Part shown: in pieces, positions 33,751 to 36,503 of the stretch
Numbering within the stretch: position 1 is the first letter of the stretch
Layout of the letters: each line of letters starts with the position of its first letter
Source: Bipalium vagum
Taxonomy: Eukaryota
Length of the DNA stretch: 36,503 nucleotides
Assembly (NCBI GenBank): GCA_037834085.1
Contig: JBBMKC010195052.1
Location: 1 to 36,503 of the forward strand
Reading direction: 5' to 3'
Notes under the pieces: generated by a model
The model's input: the letters and a program-made list of their open reading frames with translations, nothing else
Told to the model about the DNA's origin: nothing
Databases searched by the model: none
Made by a program: the position numbers and the translations under genes

Positions 33751-36503
33751 TTTAATCGAGTTAAACGAGATATTATTGTTGCAATTATAAATGCTGATTA
33801 GCAAAATATTATTAAAATATATCCAAAATAAAAAAACTAAATCTGACGTTATTATATGTTAAAATAATCAATAATTAATTGACATAAAAATGGATCGAAT
33901 TAATTCACACACCAAATAATATCCTTCAGGTTAGACAGATGTTTGTATGGTTGAAATATTAATAATAATTACTCACTTAACATTTTTTAAGGGTACAAAA
34001 CAATAATCAAATTGTTCTGGTTATAAATATTTGAATATTAAAATAGATAAAATTTTTCACAATGGAAAATTTTTCTTAAAATTAATTAATTCTTTTTCCG
34101 GGTTCATATTATTCAAAATAGTTTATATTTATTCTTTCATTTAAAAATTTCATAATAATCTCTTGACTTATAATATTAAAAAAGATAATTAAATAAATAA
34201 TTAAATTAAGATTAATTAATTAAATTTAAATTAAAATTAAGAAAATATAGATATGTCATTTGGCATTAGATTAAAGCGTTTCCTTAACATCAAAATAAAA
34301 AAGTTCAAAAGAAATTATTTTCTTTTTCTACAATTCATTAATTTTTATTATTTTAATCTTTTAAAACATCTGCGATGTCAGAATACCTATAAAAATAAAT
34401 AATAATGATAATTATAAGTCATGATACACACAAGTAATGAATAGGTGAAAAGGTTCACCGTAGTCTAGCAAACACAATAAAAAATTTCTTTCTCTAAAAA
34501 TTTACTTCAAAGAACTCTAAACAACGTTTTTAATTAAGTTATTTGTAAATTCTGTGTTGTTCTGGAGTACGAAATAAAATAACATATTTTGAAAATAATT
34601 ATATATTTTCCTGAAACAGATTTTATTGATTTATAGGTGACCTATTCAGAGAAAATTGAACATTTTTGTCAGTTCAATAAAAACGTCTGATTTTATTGTT
34701 TTATAGGCAACTGAAGGTAGATAAGTAAATACATTTAGTATTGACCCTCTTGTACTGGAATAAAGAACTAAGTAAAGAGTGGATCAGTAGAGAAACCCTG
34801 ATTAAATGAAACTATCTCACCATGTTGTCACTTTTAATATCTAAGACACTTCTGAAGTGAAATCAACCCTAATCTGAAAAAGATAAAAATACTGACTATA
34901 CTTTTGTTTTTCATATTAATTCCTATTTATACGAAGAAGATCATTTCAGAGTTCATTGATTTCAGTCTAACTCATCTATTTTGCCCACGGAATAATTAAT
35001 TTCGAAAACATTAATCAATTTTTACGATGAGGTACCATATCTCCTACCTACATATGCAATTAAATATACAACTAATCCTAATTATTCGCCTTTGATTTAT
35101 TTGACTTGTAATTATAATCGACTGGAGATTGTACGACCGATGCCCAATCTCTGTTCGGAGAGTCTTAAAAGGATCAGAAACAAATAAACAATATTTCAAA
35201 ATGCAAATAGCACCAGATTAAGCTACCTCAATCTGTGAGCCATTCAAAACTAAATAAAAATTAATTAAAATATAATTTTATTCAAAATGTAAAAAACCAT
35301 GTCTTAAAATAAATAATAATTAAAGACTTGTATTATATTATTAATAATATATAAATGATGGAACAAATTATTAATCAGCTATTGGTTTTCAAAACCCTTA
35401 TTAAAATGATTAACGACAACAAAAGAACTTCAATGATGTCATGACAAACGCTGTTACACAAATGATCATAATTTTCAATAAGATTCCTTTCGATATTGTA
35501 AGGGTTTTAACGAAAAAAAAAATAAAATACGCATTGAAAAAAATTATTTACAACGTCAATCAATAAAGTAAAATTAATTTCAGTTCTCTTTTTTGGTATT
35601 CTCCCGTTCAAGTTTCAAGTCAAACATGAGTTACCAAACTTGGCTAAGACCAAGGCACAGTACAATGAGTCCAATTTATTATTATTATTTATTATTTTTA
35701 TCATCACACCCAACCAGGCAAGCAAAAAATGTTCCTTGTACTCTCAATTTCCGTAAAGTTTTGTCCCAAAATAATTATCATTTATCTGATTAATAAAAGT
35801 CACCGATGAATTTAACCATGGCTATACTTCGTTTATATGTATAGAATTATCCTTAAGGAATCCGACCAATTTCTTTGTCGCTACAAGACTAACAATTAAT
35901 TAATGCCACAAATAAACACTACTAAAAGTAAGAATTACTTTGAATTACTTTTAAGCTATTCAAATAACTTTAAACAGTAGGTAAAACTACATCTTACTTG
36001 TCTTTTTTAGTTTTCAGTATCTTTAGTTACTGAGTAATACTTTTTTTGTGGACTTAATTTTTGAAAAAAGTTTGATGAGGGGTTTTTTCTTAAAAACAAC
36101 TGTGCTTTCAGATAACGAATAGTAAAAGAAATTTTAAACCATTAAAATTCTTGAAATGATTTTCATTATTTTTCCGAAATCTGAGAATCTTTTGACTTTA
36201 GGCAATATATCTCATTCATTTATTTTCTCTAACATTTGCTCTTTATGTTTGGAAAATCCAAGCTATTAAAACAATTCAATAACGACATTCCAGTTTCTAA
36301 ATACGTAATTATATTATTTAATACTACCTCTGTTCAGAAATGATTGTCCGTTTTAATGCTTTTGTTAAGCATAAGAACATTAATTATTAACTTGTCTTTT
36401 TTTTAATTTATTTTATTTATTATGACCATAGCAAGCTGTGCATTAATTTATATGCTCTTAAGTCACGTTTTCTTTGCATAATATGGTCTAAAAATTTCAC
36501 ATT

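Noticed and set aside
34821-34873. 53-nt segment with good splice sites ending ATG|gtgaga
   Set aside because: Two in-frame stops in the required phase; at most an unsupported UTR exon.
1-36503. CRISPR arrays, tRNA/rRNA, snRNA or spliced-leader RNA genes, prokaryotic operons
   Set aside because: None recognised; the sequence is an intron-rich eukaryotic locus.

Overview
AT-rich eukaryotic (metazoan) genomic DNA. Very short introns (42-51 nt), abundant (AAT)n tracts and many mariner relics suggest a planarian or similar invertebrate; this is an inference. The window is dominated by the internal part of one multi-exon minus-strand gene, a Neuron navigator / UNC-53 / Sickie homologue. I reconstructed 15 phase-consistent exons from 31850 down to 7032 (about 1400 codons). 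They cover the C-terminal half of the calponin-homology domain, a long Ser/Asn-rich region, two coiled coils (including a 24-nt microexon) and the N-terminal part of the AAA+ ATPase (Walker A GPSGTGKT, Walker B VILDN). The first and last exons were not found and probably lie outside the window. Introns hold at least 7 degenerate mariner (DD34D) relics of several subfamilies, a decayed DD37E transposase with an in-frame 75-nt duplication, a possible solo LTR, microsatellites and a 129-N gap. The best leads are candidate internal promoters or alternative exons of the navigator gene (GC island at about 27.0-27.2 kb, CA-rich block at about 28.7-29.1 kb, cassette at about 22.75-22.83 kb) and an imperfect hammerhead-like motif inside the LTR-like element. 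I found no convincing wholly novel system. Comparisons with reference proteins are from memory, not from a database search.
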